The position numbers were made by a program, and so were the translations under genes. The notes beneath the pieces were generated by a model. It was not told the origin of the DNA. It did not search any database and was given only the letters and a program-made list of their open reading frames with translations. Source: Escherichia phage vB_EcoS_AKFV33. Taken from it: DNA of 64,000 nt. Positions 15,932 to 25,163 of this stretch are shown one piece after another (within the stretch, counting starts at the first letter, position 1; the number at the start of each line of letters is the position of its first letter). The DNA lies in sequence record NC_017969.1. One strand, 5' to 3'.

Positions 15932-18262
15932 TTAAATAGTACAACCACCGGATGCACAACCGGCTGCTTCTTCTCCAGCACCTCCACCATTTGCGGTATT
16001 GAAGTTAGCGTAATACCAAGTTTTCCACCCATACTTAACAGCAGTCATGAAATCACGAACTACTACTGGGCCAGGAATGATTTCATTCTCAAACTTGGTG
16101 TAGTCATAGTACATATTCGTACTGATAGACTGACTGAAGAATTTCTGCATAGTTGCTACCCATTTGATCCACTCGATACGATCTACATCATAAGCCAGTT
16201 TATAGCTCATTAACGTTTCCCAATCGGTTGCACCTGGAGCAATTGCAATTACTTTATTTACTGCACTACCTTTAATAGATACAATCTTACGAGGCGGTTC
16301 GATAGAGTTAGTAACTCCTAGCAGAACAGAAGAACTTTCTCCTGGCATCTGAGCAGTCAGAACAGAGTTACGCATACCATATTTCAGAATATCTGCACGC
16401 AGAGACTCCCAATCCATTTCTAGACCTACGGATACCAGTTCATCAACAGTTTTCTTGTACGTGTCGATTACCAGAATTCCTTTAGATGGTTTAGTGCGAT
16501 CAAACCACTCGCATGCACCCTGTTCTTTAGCTAGGCGTACAGAGGCTTTATGCAGGAAGTAAGACAGTTTTTCAGCCTCACGGTGAATCCAGTTACGGGC
16601 TTCAATACCTTCATAAGCCAGACCTTCTGCTGCCATTGCACCTGCTGCGTTCATTAGTCCAATACCAACATTACGACGTTTCTTAGCCGTATATTCCATA
16701 GTTGGGAACGGATAATCCTGAATTTCAATAATTGTATCAACGAATTTCAGAAGGATGTAGCAAGTTTTTTCCCACTCAGCCAGAGATTCCATGCGCCCAA
16801 GTACAACACCACCTAAGTTACACAGAGATACTTCACCAATATCCTCCGGCTTCATTTGATCAAGCTGCTCTTTTGTCTTATACAGCTCTGTGATATGATG
16901 GAACGGGCGTGTAGGCTGAGTAATTTCAACACAAAGGTTTGTCATACGGATCGGATCAAGGAAGTTACCGTGACGATTAGATTCCCCGATGTGATGAGCA
17001 TACATACGTCCTGTTTCCATTCGGATACGTAGCCAAGTATCTAGGATTTCTTTTGCAGAGACTTTAGGAGCTGCAGGAACTGTTTTTCCTTCGTGGTCGA
17101 TCTTTGTAAGAGATGCCACACGTTTCTCCGCTGCCACGTAGATTTCTTCAAATTTAGCCTCGTCATCACTATAAAACGCTTCATGAACTTCTGGAGCATA
17201 GAAGTATGACATTAGCGTAATATCTTCGTTTTTAAGATAACGTTTTAACAAAAGATTGTTAAAGCTCAGAGAATAATCCATCTTATCGATTTTATTCTCA
17301 TCTGTAGCACGTTGTTGCTTAACCTGCATCAATTGAATGATTTCAGGGTCGAAGTATGGATAAGACACTGTAGCAGAACCACCACGAGTTTGCTGAGTAT
17401 TGGCCTTTACTGAGCGGTCAATGTGTCGATAATATGGTAGTTTTCCGGAATGCGGGAATGCCCCATTTCGCACCGGATCAGCAATTGATCGGCTTTCAAG
17501 ATGATACCCGATTCCCGCTCTGGCTGCGACCATTTTGAAGACGATGTGCTCGGCGGTGTCGATTGAATCCAACGTGTCAGTGGAATCCACGAGGCAGCAA
17601 CTAGCAAATCCACGGTCACTAGAGCGCAGACCAACCAGTGGCGGCGTAGGAACGTTGATTTTGTGGAGTGACATTGCGTTGTAGAGGTCGATTGCATCTA
17701 GAATTGTCCAGTTAGGTTGAGATAACATCGCCATTGCCATACCCATGTAGGCAAACTGCGGAGTTTCATAAATTTCACCAGTGGCTATGTTACGACGGGA
17801 ATACTTATCAAAGAACTGCTTCAGTCCACCACTAGTAAAAAGACGGTCACGATCATGGTCGATAACCTGATTCAGAGCTTCAAATTGCTCATCGGTAATC
17901 CATGCACTCATGTCTTCCCATGCACCTACGCTAACCATGTGGTCATGGAAGAAGCGCAGAGAAGGCGGTTCGAAGGAATCATAAAGGCGTTTACGCATTT
18001 GCGCAAGACGTAATTCCTTTGCTGGCACATCATATGCTGGATTATCTTTAATAAGACTTTCAGCAGCTTTAATTAATGCATCCATCAGAGTGTCGGAATC
18101 TACAACCCCTTTAGGCAGAGTTTTTTGAGCAGCCATAGTAATGGCTGACCAACTTACATCAACTGTTTTGCAACCATACTCTGCCCAACCATTTAGTTTT
18201 TCAGGAGCAAAGTCTTCTACAGTACCGTCACGTTTAATTACTTTTTCAATGCGATGGCTCAT
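15932..18262 (-). CDS. nrdA: ribonucleotide reductase class Ia alpha subunit
   Basis: ATP-cone start MSHRIEKVIKRDGTVEDF, C-terminal Cys pair CASGGC; start moved to ATG with AAGGAAAG RBS. Confidence 0.9.
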   Translation of the reverse strand: MSHRIEKVIKRDGTVEDFAPEKLNGWAEYGCKTVDVSWSAITMAAQKTLPKGVVDSDTLMDALIKAAESLIKDNPAYDVPAKELRLAQMRKRLYDSFEPPSLRFFHDHMVSVGAWEDMSAWITDEQFEALNQVIDHDRDRLFTSGGLKQFFDKYSRRNIATGEIYETPQFAYMGMAMAMLSQPNWTILDAIDLYNAMSLHKINVPTPPLVGLRSSDRGFASCCLVDSTDTLDSIDTAEHIVFKMVAARAGIGYHLESRSIADPVRNGAFPHSGKLPYYRHIDRSVKANTQQTRGGSATVSYPYFDPEIIQLMQVKQQRATDENKIDKMDYSLSFNNLLLKRYLKNEDITLMSYFYAPEVHEAFYSDDEAKFEEIYVAAEKRVASLTKIDHEGKTVPAAPKVSAKEILDTWLRIRMETGRMYAHHIGESNRHGNFLDPIRMTNLCVEITQPTRPFHHITELYKTKEQLDQMKPEDIGEVSLCNLGGVVLGRMESLAEWEKTCYILLKFVDTIIEIQDYPFPTMEYTAKKRRNVGIGLMNAAGAMAAEGLAYEGIEARNWIHREAEKLSYFLHKASVRLAKEQGACEWFDRTKPSKGILVIDTYKKTVDELVSVGLEMDWESLRADILKYGMRNSVLTAQMPGESSSVLLGVTNSIEPPRKIVSIKGSAVNKVIAIAPGATDWETLMSYKLAYDVDRIEWIKWVATMQKFFSQSISTNMYYDYTKFENEIIPGPVVVRDFMTAVKYGWKTWYYANFNTANGGGAGEEAAGCASGGCTI

Positions 18263-18300
18263 TTGGCTTTCCTTTTTATAGTTATCAGGATTTAAGGAAT

Positions 18301-18329
18301 ATTCTACTTTATTATCGGTCATTAGGCAA
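18301..18329 (-). promoter_or_regulatory. promoter (TTGCCT-17-TAGAAT) upstream of nrdA
   Basis: motif follows hairpin terminator. Confidence 0.45.
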
Positions 18330-18342
18330 ATAAAATTTTCTG

Positions 18343-18376
18343 ATAGAAAAGGCCCGAGTATTTTCATACCCAGGCC
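18343..18376 (-). terminator. rho-independent terminator ending the phoH unit
   Basis: GGCCTGGGTAT-GAAA-ATACTCGGGCC hairpin then TTTTCT on minus strand. Confidence 0.5.
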
Positions 18377-18404
18377 CTGTATATTACCAGTCTAGCTTTT
18401 TAGC

Positions 18405-18626
18405 TTATTCAATTACTTTAGCTCTAGCTACTTCTTTTAATAGAATATCTATGGAGGTGCTCAGCTCGTTATAATTGAATGGTTTATTTGGATTTGAGGT
18501 TACAATTTTCCACGCTAGGGTTGTCTTAGGACTTTCTTCCCCTTCCTTACGTGTAATCATATTAGCAGCACTCAGTGAAGTACGATGTATTTTAGTTTTA
18601 CGGCTCAGATGAACGACGTTTCCCAT
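18405..18626 (-). CDS. hypothetical protein (~73 aa)
   Basis: MGNVVHL...; ATG 2 nt after phoH stop. Confidence 0.4.
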   Translation of the reverse strand: MGNVVHLSRKTKIHRTSLSAANMITRKEGEESPKTTLAWKIVTSNPNKPFNYNELSTSIDILLKEVARAKVIE

Positions 18627-18627
18627 A

Positions 18628-19389
18628 TTACACCTTCCCCATGTCTTTAAAGATGTCATAGAATGCTTTAGACTCAACAGAACGAACGTTATCAATCAAT
18701 TCGATCATTGAGAATGGGGCATTTTCGTATTTCTCATAGACTTCCATAAGGAGTGCTAGACCTGAGTCACCTTTAATGTCTTTCTGAGCTATATCTCCGC
18801 AGATAATTAAACGGCAGTCTTGTCCTACACGAGTTAGAAGACAAATCATTGCCTCAACGGAAATATTCTGAGCTTCATCGACAATTACATAGGAGTTGTT
18901 GAAAGTTCTGCCACGAGCATGTTCGACAGCCAAAAATTTAATTTTCTGACGTTCGACATATCCCTTATAGGCATGATCGCCGATGGCCCATTTCATACCA
19001 TCAGCTATTGGCTCCAACCAAGGCTCTAGCTTTTCTGCTAGATCACCAGGAAGCATACCAAGAGACTTACCTAGAGGTTCATTAGGACGTACGAGGATAA
19101 CTTGCTCAATATCTGAGTGAATGTCTACGAGTTCCTGAGCTGCAAGAACGGACGGAATAAAGGTTTTACCAGTACCTGGCTCACCGATACCCACAGTCAC
19201 TGTGTTGTTCTTGATCATATTGATATATGATTTTTGCTCGCGGTTTTTACCTACTAGGGATTTAGCAACTGGGTTAGCGTAATCATTAGAAAAATCAGCC
19301 TGAATTACGTTATTCTCATACTTGTTGCCACGCTTTCTTGAACCATTGCGGTTCTCTCTTTTTTGACGTGCTTTTCCCATAAATAACAC
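18628..19389 (-). CDS. phoH: PhoH-like ATPase
   Basis: Walker A GIGEPGTGKTF and PhoH-like core. Confidence 0.85.
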   Translation of the reverse strand: MLFMGKARQKRENRNGSRKRGNKYENNVIQADFSNDYANPVAKSLVGKNREQKSYINMIKNNTVTVGIGEPGTGKTFIPSVLAAQELVDIHSDIEQVILVRPNEPLGKSLGMLPGDLAEKLEPWLEPIADGMKWAIGDHAYKGYVERQKIKFLAVEHARGRTFNNSYVIVDEAQNISVEAMICLLTRVGQDCRLIICGDIAQKDIKGDSGLALLMEVYEKYENAPFSMIELIDNVRSVESKAFYDIFKDMGKV

Positions 19390-19453
19390 TCCTATAGTGT
19401 ACTTCGCTAACAGAGGATCAACAAAAAGATCTTGTTTATCAACTTACAAATAT

Positions 19454-19482
19454 ATTATACCAATATATACAGTAAAAAGCAA
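19454..19482 (-). promoter_or_regulatory. early promoter (TTGCTT-17-TATAAT) for the phoH-nrd leftward unit
   Basis: motif in divergent intergenic region. Confidence 0.5.
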
Positions 19483-19682
19483 CTACAATTTTAAATAAGC
19501 CTATGATATTGCATTTAAATAAAAAATTTGCTTGCTTTTAACGTGAGATGTGTGATACTAGATAATCATTTTATATCGCGTACACGAGTGCGTGATTATA
19601 CAATCTTTAATAGAAATTGGCAAATAAAATTTTTTCAAAAATTGATTAAAGTCAAGTTATTTAAGAATGCTAAAAAATTTTA

Positions 19683-19711
19683 TTGACATAGTGGTATTTT
19701 TATATTATACT
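19683..19711 (+). promoter_or_regulatory. strong sigma70 promoter (TTGACA-17-TATACT)
   Basis: consensus -35, 17-bp spacer, near-consensus -10, AGGAG RBS before ATG at 19735. Confidence 0.6.
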
Positions 19712-19734
19712 ATGTACTAAATAGGAGAAATAAA

Positions 19735-20403
19735 ATGCCAAAGAAATTGAGTACGGAAGAAGTCAATAATAGACTTTTAGATAGAGGAATTGTCTTAGTT
19801 GGGGAGTATATAAATGCTAATACTAAGGCTAGTTTTAGATGTTCAGTGGGGCATGTATGGGAAACAAAACCATCAGTGTTACTTAACATGGGATTTGGAT
19901 GTCCATATTGCAGTGGGAAAGCTAAACTAACTCCTGAAGTAATAAACCAGGAATTAAGTAATAAAGGAATACAAATAGTAGGCAAATATGTAAATAATAG
20001 AACTCCGACCCTTTTTAGGTGTGAAAATGGCCATGAGTGGAATACTACTATTAATGCAGTGAAAAATTTAGACAGTAATTGCCCGATATGTAAAAAAGAA
20101 GGCAGGTCTAAAACAAAACTATATGTTATGTATAGTGAATCTTTAGGTACTAAGATTGGTATCTCTAATAAACCGGGAACTAGATTAGGAAAAATTAGCA
20201 GAAATGCTAATATACCAGATCTTAAATTATTTAAAGTATTTGATATCTTAGATTATACTAAGTGCCGTAAAATTGAGAAAGCAGCACATGAGCATTTTAA
20301 AGAATGGAACTGCTATTATAAGGATTTTGATGGTGCTACAGAGTTTTTTGATATTGAACCAGATACAGCAGTAAAATTTATTGAGGAAAATATTAATGAC
20401 TGA
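19735..20403 (+). CDS. GIY-YIG-like (T5orf172-type) protein with duplicated zinc-ribbon modules
   Basis: two repeats of F(R)C..GH.W...CP.C; C-terminal KLYVMYSE...GTKIGISN...R; strong promoter and RBS upstream. Confidence 0.55.
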   Translation: MPKKLSTEEVNNRLLDRGIVLVGEYINANTKASFRCSVGHVWETKPSVLLNMGFGCPYCSGKAKLTPEVINQELSNKGIQIVGKYVNNRTPTLFRCENGHEWNTTINAVKNLDSNCPICKKEGRSKTKLYVMYSESLGTKIGISNKPGTRLGKISRNANIPDLKLFKVFDILDYTKCRKIEKAAHEHFKEWNCYYKDFDGATEFFDIEPDTAVKFIEENIND

Positions 20404-22243
20404 AGCTGAATTATTCGATAATATCTATGGTATTACAGATGGCTTTGCAGACTCTACCCTAAAGCATAATAATGCTAATAAACCCTCTGAGCGTTTTCCT
20501 ACTCAGCGGGATATGATTGCAGGTGAACTAAGTAAATTTTTAACCTTGCAAGAAATGCCCGTACAGATCAGGACAGCACACTCAATCGGAGATATTCATT
20601 TCCATGACTTGGATTATTCCCTTTTGGGCATGACTAACTGTTGTCTAGTAGCTCTGGAAGATATGCTAAAAAATGGTATGAAGGTTGGTAATGCTGAAAT
20701 TAGCACTCCAAACTCTATCACTACTGCGGCGGCTATTACTGCTCAGATTATCACTCAGGTTAGCTCCCATCAGTATGGTGGTACTTCTGTAGATCGCCTT
20801 GATGAAGTATTAGCCCCTTATGTTCGTAAATCCTATGACAAAAATCATGCGTTTGCAAAACGTTGGACTAAGGATGAAGCCAAAGCATCAGTAATGGCTA
20901 CGGAGATGACTGAAAAAGAAGTCTATGACGCTTGTCAGGGTTTAGAATATGAAATCAATACCATGTTCAACTCTAATGGTCAGAGTCCATTTATTACCTT
21001 TGGTTTTGGTCTAGGAACTTCCTGGGAAGCACGTCTAGTACAGAAAGCAGTACTGAAAGTACGCATGGATGGTTTAGGTATCAATAAACGTACAGCTATC
21101 TTCCCGAAACTGGTATTTGTACTTCGCGATGGCGTAAATATGAAACCAGGAGATGTTAATTATGACATCAAGAAGTTAGCTATGAAATGTACTGCTGAAC
21201 GTATGTATCCAGATTATATCAGCTATGACAAGGTTGTAGAAGTTACTGGAGACTATAAAGTTTCTATGGGCTGCCGTTCATTCCTAGCTGCTGCAGAAGA
21301 TGGTGAAACTGCTGGCCGTAATAACTTAGGTGTTGTTTCTGTAAACTTGCCTAGAATTGCTATCGAAGCTGAAGGAAATATTGATCTATTCTTTGATTTG
21401 CTTGAGCTACGTGTGGATACAGCGTTAAAAGCATTGGAGTGGAGAGTTGATCGCTTAAAATACATCCAAGCTAAAGCTGCACCCATCCTCTATATGTCAG
21501 GAGCCTTTGGGTTACGCTTGGAGCCTGATGAATATGTATTCGATCATTTCTATAACCGTGCTTCTGTATCTCTAGGGTATATTGGTTGCCATGAAATGCT
21601 ACAGTTCATGTTCGGCAAAGATGTAGACACAATGTCAGAGACCTGCATCAAGTTTGTTCAGCGTGTATTGCAGTACATGCGAGATAGAGTCGATCAGAAG
21701 AAGGAAGAGACTAAGTTAGGTTATAGCCTGTATGCTACACCGTCAGAGTCCCTATGTGATAGGTTTTGCCGTTTAGACCGTGAATATTTCCCAGAGCATG
21801 AAGATATTCTGTCTAAAGGATACTACACTAACTCGCACCACCTTGATGTAGAGCGTAAAGTTGCTCCTAACGTGAAATTTGATTATGAATCTAACTTTAC
21901 GCCTATTGCTTCTGGTGGGTGCATTTCCTATGTAGAACTACCGGATATGAAACGATTCCCAGATGCACTGGAATGGGTTATTAATTATGCTGCTAGTAAG
22001 GTTCATTACTTCGGTATTAATACCCCAGTGGATTCTTGTGGTAAATGTGGATTCTTAGGTGAAACAATAGCATCCGAAGATGGATTCAAGTGCCCTATCT
22101 GTGGTAATCATGACCCCGAAACTCTTGAAGTAACTCGTCGAGTTTGTGGGTATCTTGGAAATCCAGGTGCTCGTCCGTTTAACCCAGGAAAACAACATGA
22201 GGTTATGGGCAGGGTGAAACATCAGGATATTCGAGCTAAGTAA
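20396..22243 (+). CDS. nrdD: anaerobic ribonucleoside-triphosphate reductase (class III)
   Basis: glycyl radical motif RVCGYLG and C-terminal zinc ribbon; ATG with GAGGAAAA RBS. Confidence 0.9.
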   Translation: MTEAELFDNIYGITDGFADSTLKHNNANKPSERFPTQRDMIAGELSKFLTLQEMPVQIRTAHSIGDIHFHDLDYSLLGMTNCCLVALEDMLKNGMKVGNAEISTPNSITTAAAITAQIITQVSSHQYGGTSVDRLDEVLAPYVRKSYDKNHAFAKRWTKDEAKASVMATEMTEKEVYDACQGLEYEINTMFNSNGQSPFITFGFGLGTSWEARLVQKAVLKVRMDGLGINKRTAIFPKLVFVLRDGVNMKPGDVNYDIKKLAMKCTAERMYPDYISYDKVVEVTGDYKVSMGCRSFLAAAEDGETAGRNNLGVVSVNLPRIAIEAEGNIDLFFDLLELRVDTALKALEWRVDRLKYIQAKAAPILYMSGAFGLRLEPDEYVFDHFYNRASVSLGYIGCHEMLQFMFGKDVDTMSETCIKFVQRVLQYMRDRVDQKKEETKLGYSLYATPSESLCDRFCRLDREYFPEHEDILSKGYYTNSHHLDVERKVAPNVKFDYESNFTPIASGGCISYVELPDMKRFPDALEWVINYAASKVHYFGINTPVDSCGKCGFLGETIASEDGFKCPICGNHDPETLEVTRRVCGYLGNPGARPFNPGKQHEVMGRVKHQDIRAK

Positions 22244-22250
22244 GCTAATC

Positions 22251-22287
22251 AGCCGGGTTGCTAGTCGACCTGGCTTTTATTTTATTT
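22251..22287 (+). terminator. rho-independent terminator after nrdD
   Basis: AGCCGGGT...ACCTGGCT hairpin then TTTATTTTATTT. Confidence 0.55.
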
Positions 22288-22314
22288 GCTTTCAGCCAAA
22301 AATTTATATATAAT
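22286..22314 (+). promoter_or_regulatory. early promoter (TTGCTT-17-TATAAT)
   Basis: motif plus GATTTATAAATTTGAGGAGG leader. Confidence 0.55.
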
Positions 22315-22343
22315 AGATTTATAAATTTGAGGAGGTAGGAATT

Positions 22344-22724
22344 ATGACTTTAAAACCGTATATAGTGGAGTCTACGTGTGGCAGTTTCCACCTGGGTGTG
22401 GATGATATTGCTGAGGCTGTCTTTGCTGCCACAGGTGATTACTCTCATATAGGGGGTGCTGGGTACCCCACCGTTATTGGCGATTGGGTGGAAACAAATC
22501 TAGATGTGTCGCCTTATAACCCGTATTGCTTGTTTGATGAAGACAGAGATGAGGTAAAGTGTAATCTTGAATTTGTGTATAATAGAGTATTAAAAGTATA
22601 CCAACGTAGTCCCGAGGGGTACGAAGATATTACTTGTAGTATTAAACAGTATCTTAAAGATGTATACTCTAGTTTTTCTGACGAAGGCCTAGAAACAGTT
22701 GCAGTGGAGTTTAATAATGACTAA
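22344..22724 (+). CDS. hypothetical protein (126 aa)
   Basis: ORF track; GAGGAGG RBS. Confidence 0.5.
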   Translation: MTLKPYIVESTCGSFHLGVDDIAEAVFAATGDYSHIGGAGYPTVIGDWVETNLDVSPYNPYCLFDEDRDEVKCNLEFVYNRVLKVYQRSPEGYEDITCSIKQYLKDVYSSFSDEGLETVAVEFNND

Positions 22725-22923
22725 GAATGTGAAACACCTTAAATATCGCTTAATCTATAACGGACGTATGGAAACAGAAGATCTGGCCCAATTAGCTATT
22801 AATTCTAATGAGGTTATGGTGCGTGCGCTAGCAATTGAAAAGTTGCGTGCTTCTTATGAAAATCATGTTATGGAACTAGAGGAGAAACTGTATGGACTTC
22901 TTGAATCAGAGTCTAAAAAGTAA
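22699..22923 (+). CDS. hypothetical protein (74 aa)
   Basis: ORF track. Confidence 0.35.
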   Translation: MQWSLIMTKNVKHLKYRLIYNGRMETEDLAQLAINSNEVMVRALAIEKLRASYENHVMELEEKLYGLLESESKK

Positions 22924-23086
22924 TCCAGAAAACATGCTTATTGAGCAATGGAACTTTGGTTATAATGCCGGTATAGCTACTTGTATTGCTAGATTGGATA
23001 TGCTTATTAAGCAAGAAAAGGTACGCCCGGAGGAAGCAATTTTACTCCGAAATATTATCGAAGGATTTAAGCAAGGAATCGTATAG
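22892..23086 (+). CDS. hypothetical protein (64 aa)
   Basis: ORF track. Confidence 0.35.
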   Translation: MDFLNQSLKSNPENMLIEQWNFGYNAGIATCIARLDMLIKQEKVRPEEAILLRNIIEGFKQGIV

Positions 23087-23904
23087 TGCGTAGATTAATT
23101 ATTATTAGCGGTGCAGGTTTGAGTGTTGAAAGTGGTGTACGAGCTTTTCGTACTGATACTGCTAGTGGTAAAGCACTGTGGGATGATTATGATCTAGAAG
23201 AAGTATGTAATATTCATGCCTTTCGTGGTAATTTTTATCATAAAACCCATATGTTTTACAACAAGCGTCGTGAAGAGCTAAAAACTGTTGAACCCAATCT
23301 TGCACACTTGCGTATTGGTGAATGGTATAAACAATATCCAGGTCAAGTAGTAAACTTGACTACCAACGTTGATGACCTTATTGAGCGTGCTGGCGTTCCA
23401 CATAGTGACATTCTGCACATTCACGGATATTTAAAAGAGGTTGTTGTAGCTGATAGCTACAATAGTAGCAATAAACGGATTATTGATGTAGGGTATAATT
23501 CTATTGATCCAGATGATTATAAATGGGTTAAACCTAATGTTATCTTCTTTGGTGAGGTTGCTCCTGCCTATAAAACAATGTATGAGGTTTTTGATGGTAT
23601 CACCAGTCATGATATGATCATCATTGTTGGGTGCTCTAACCAAGTAATTAACTTCTACTGGGAGCTATTTCCTATTCTGAATCTTACTGCTGCAAAACTT
23701 ATGGTAGTTAACTATTACGATAGTGCAGTAGCTATGGAACCAGGCTATCAGGGCATGACTCGTAGTGAAATGTATCAGTTAGAAGAACGTGGTATTCCTT
23801 ACTGGAGTAAAGGTGCTGTGGATGCCTTTAGTGATCCCGATTTTATTGCTCGTGTGGAAGCTCATCTAGAAGGTAAACCCTATGTCCAACAAAAGCATGT
23901 GTGA
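23086..23904 (+). CDS. Sir2-like (sirtuin-fold) protein lacking the zinc-ribbon cysteines
   Basis: N-terminal ISGAGLSVESG, catalytic-position His in IHGYL, VIFFGE motif; no CxxC pairs. Confidence 0.55.
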   Translation: MRRLIIISGAGLSVESGVRAFRTDTASGKALWDDYDLEEVCNIHAFRGNFYHKTHMFYNKRREELKTVEPNLAHLRIGEWYKQYPGQVVNLTTNVDDLIERAGVPHSDILHIHGYLKEVVVADSYNSSNKRIIDVGYNSIDPDDYKWVKPNVIFFGEVAPAYKTMYEVFDGITSHDMIIIVGCSNQVINFYWELFPILNLTAAKLMVVNYYDSAVAMEPGYQGMTRSEMYQLEERGIPYWSKGAVDAFSDPDFIARVEAHLEGKPYVQQKHV

Positions 23905-24064
23905 TCTTTTAGTGTGGCCGGACGGTAGTTGGTGCTACCGTTTCGAATTTGCTACCGATGATTTCTCATGGAAGAGTGATGATTTCTGTGTTATCTATGA
24001 AGATACAGCAGAATGGAAAGAGTTCCTTATTAAGGAGGGAGAATATGGTGAAGAAGATTTTTAA
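23882..24064 (+). CDS. hypothetical protein (60 aa)
   Basis: ORF track. Confidence 0.3.
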   Translation: MSNKSMCDLLVWPDGSWCYRFEFATDDFSWKSDDFCVIYEDTAEWKEFLIKEGEYGEEDF

Positions 24065-24230
24065 GGGTATCTGGAAAGGTCTAGTATGGTTTGTCAACCT
24101 AATCGGTATGATTACCATTTATTCTCTGTTCCTATCTGTTATGTGGGGTAAAGGTGAATTGAAGGTTCCAGTTCCTTTTACTGATGAAGTTAAAGTCTGG
24201 ACGTGGGATGCTACTGGTGGAAATAAGTAA
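24044..24230 (+). CDS. small membrane protein (~62 aa)
   Basis: AAGGAGGG RBS then ATG; one hydrophobic helix. Confidence 0.4.
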
Positions 24231-24723
24231 TACTCCTGTGATTTTCCTGGATATTGATGGGGTGCTCAATTCGAGCATCTCCCACCATCATGCACCTGAT
24301 GATGAAAAGATTTTCTTTGGGAGTGACTGGGTTTTCAAACCGCTTCTCAAGGCTTTTCAAGATTTTATTCGTCCTTCCTCGATAATGATTGTTGGGGTAT
24401 CCTCATGGTTCTCTGTCAGGAATGAGATGGAGAACGTTCAGATTATGACCGGATTAGGTCTTATCGATCGTTTTCTTGGTACAACGGATTTTACTGGTGG
24501 TGGATTATCTAGGGGTAATTCTGTTCTTCGCTTCGTTGAAAAGCATAAGCTCAAACATTGGTGTGTACTGGATGACGCTGGTGCTATGATGTATCAGTAT
24601 CCAACGGTTATAGTCAATGGTAGAACTGGAATAAATCTTCAAGATTTAAAAGCTGTTAGCTATATGCTAGAATTTAGCCCAGATCTTGAAATGTGTAAAT
24701 CCTTACAACAATTTAAGGTGTAA
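24184..24723 (+). CDS. HAD-superfamily phosphatase (possible 5'-deoxyribonucleotidase)
   Basis: motif I VIFLDIDGVLN near N-terminus. Confidence 0.6.
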   Translation: MKLKSGRGMLLVEISNTPVIFLDIDGVLNSSISHHHAPDDEKIFFGSDWVFKPLLKAFQDFIRPSSIMIVGVSSWFSVRNEMENVQIMTGLGLIDRFLGTTDFTGGGLSRGNSVLRFVEKHKLKHWCVLDDAGAMMYQYPTVIVNGRTGINLQDLKAVSYMLEFSPDLEMCKSLQQFKV

Positions 24724-24725
24724 AT

Positions 24726-25154
24726 ATGTTCAATAATGTATTCTCTAAAGAAGCTAACCCAATTTTGGTTAACTTTTGGCGTACTCTCCCAGCTAGCCTG
24801 TATAATGAGGCTATTAACTCTTTGAAAATATGGTGTGAGAATAACGAAATCTCCTTTGCTTTTAAAGATGATATTGATGAGGCTCCCTGTATTGGTTTAA
24901 TTGTGCAGGTAGAGGAGGGTCTTGAAGAGATTGTGGGCTGGAAAGAGTTAGACGAAATGGGCTTAGTTTTTGCGTTAAATTATAAACTGTTTATGCCTGC
25001 TAAGCATCGCCTTGTTGTTAACTATAAAACTAGTGAATCTCCTGGTTTTCAGGTTAATGAACGTTATGGTTGGTCTTACTCACCGGAAGAAGTAAATGAG
25101 GGGATTCAGAAACTTCGACGTTTCGGGTATATGATCCCGGGTTTAACTGCTTAA
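24726..25154 (+). CDS. hypothetical protein (142 aa), paralog of next ORF
   Basis: shares PCIG...W.EL..M.L..ALN..LF.P...PGL with 25164-25556. Confidence 0.5.
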   Translation: MFNNVFSKEANPILVNFWRTLPASLYNEAINSLKIWCENNEISFAFKDDIDEAPCIGLIVQVEEGLEEIVGWKELDEMGLVFALNYKLFMPAKHRLVVNYKTSESPGFQVNERYGWSYSPEEVNEGIQKLRRFGYMIPGLTA

Positions 25155-25163
25155 GGAGGCAGG

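Noticed and set aside
17407-17697. 96-aa ORF inside nrdA
   Set aside because: Alternative frame within a well-supported gene
15932-18367. Extended nrdA start at 18367
   Set aside because: The first 35 codons have no RBS; the ATG at 18262 follows AAGGAAAG and begins the ATP-cone sequence
18380-18395. NrdR-box-like operator upstream of nrdA
   Set aside because: Only a weak resemblance (CCTGTATATTACC); no convincing 16-bp palindrome
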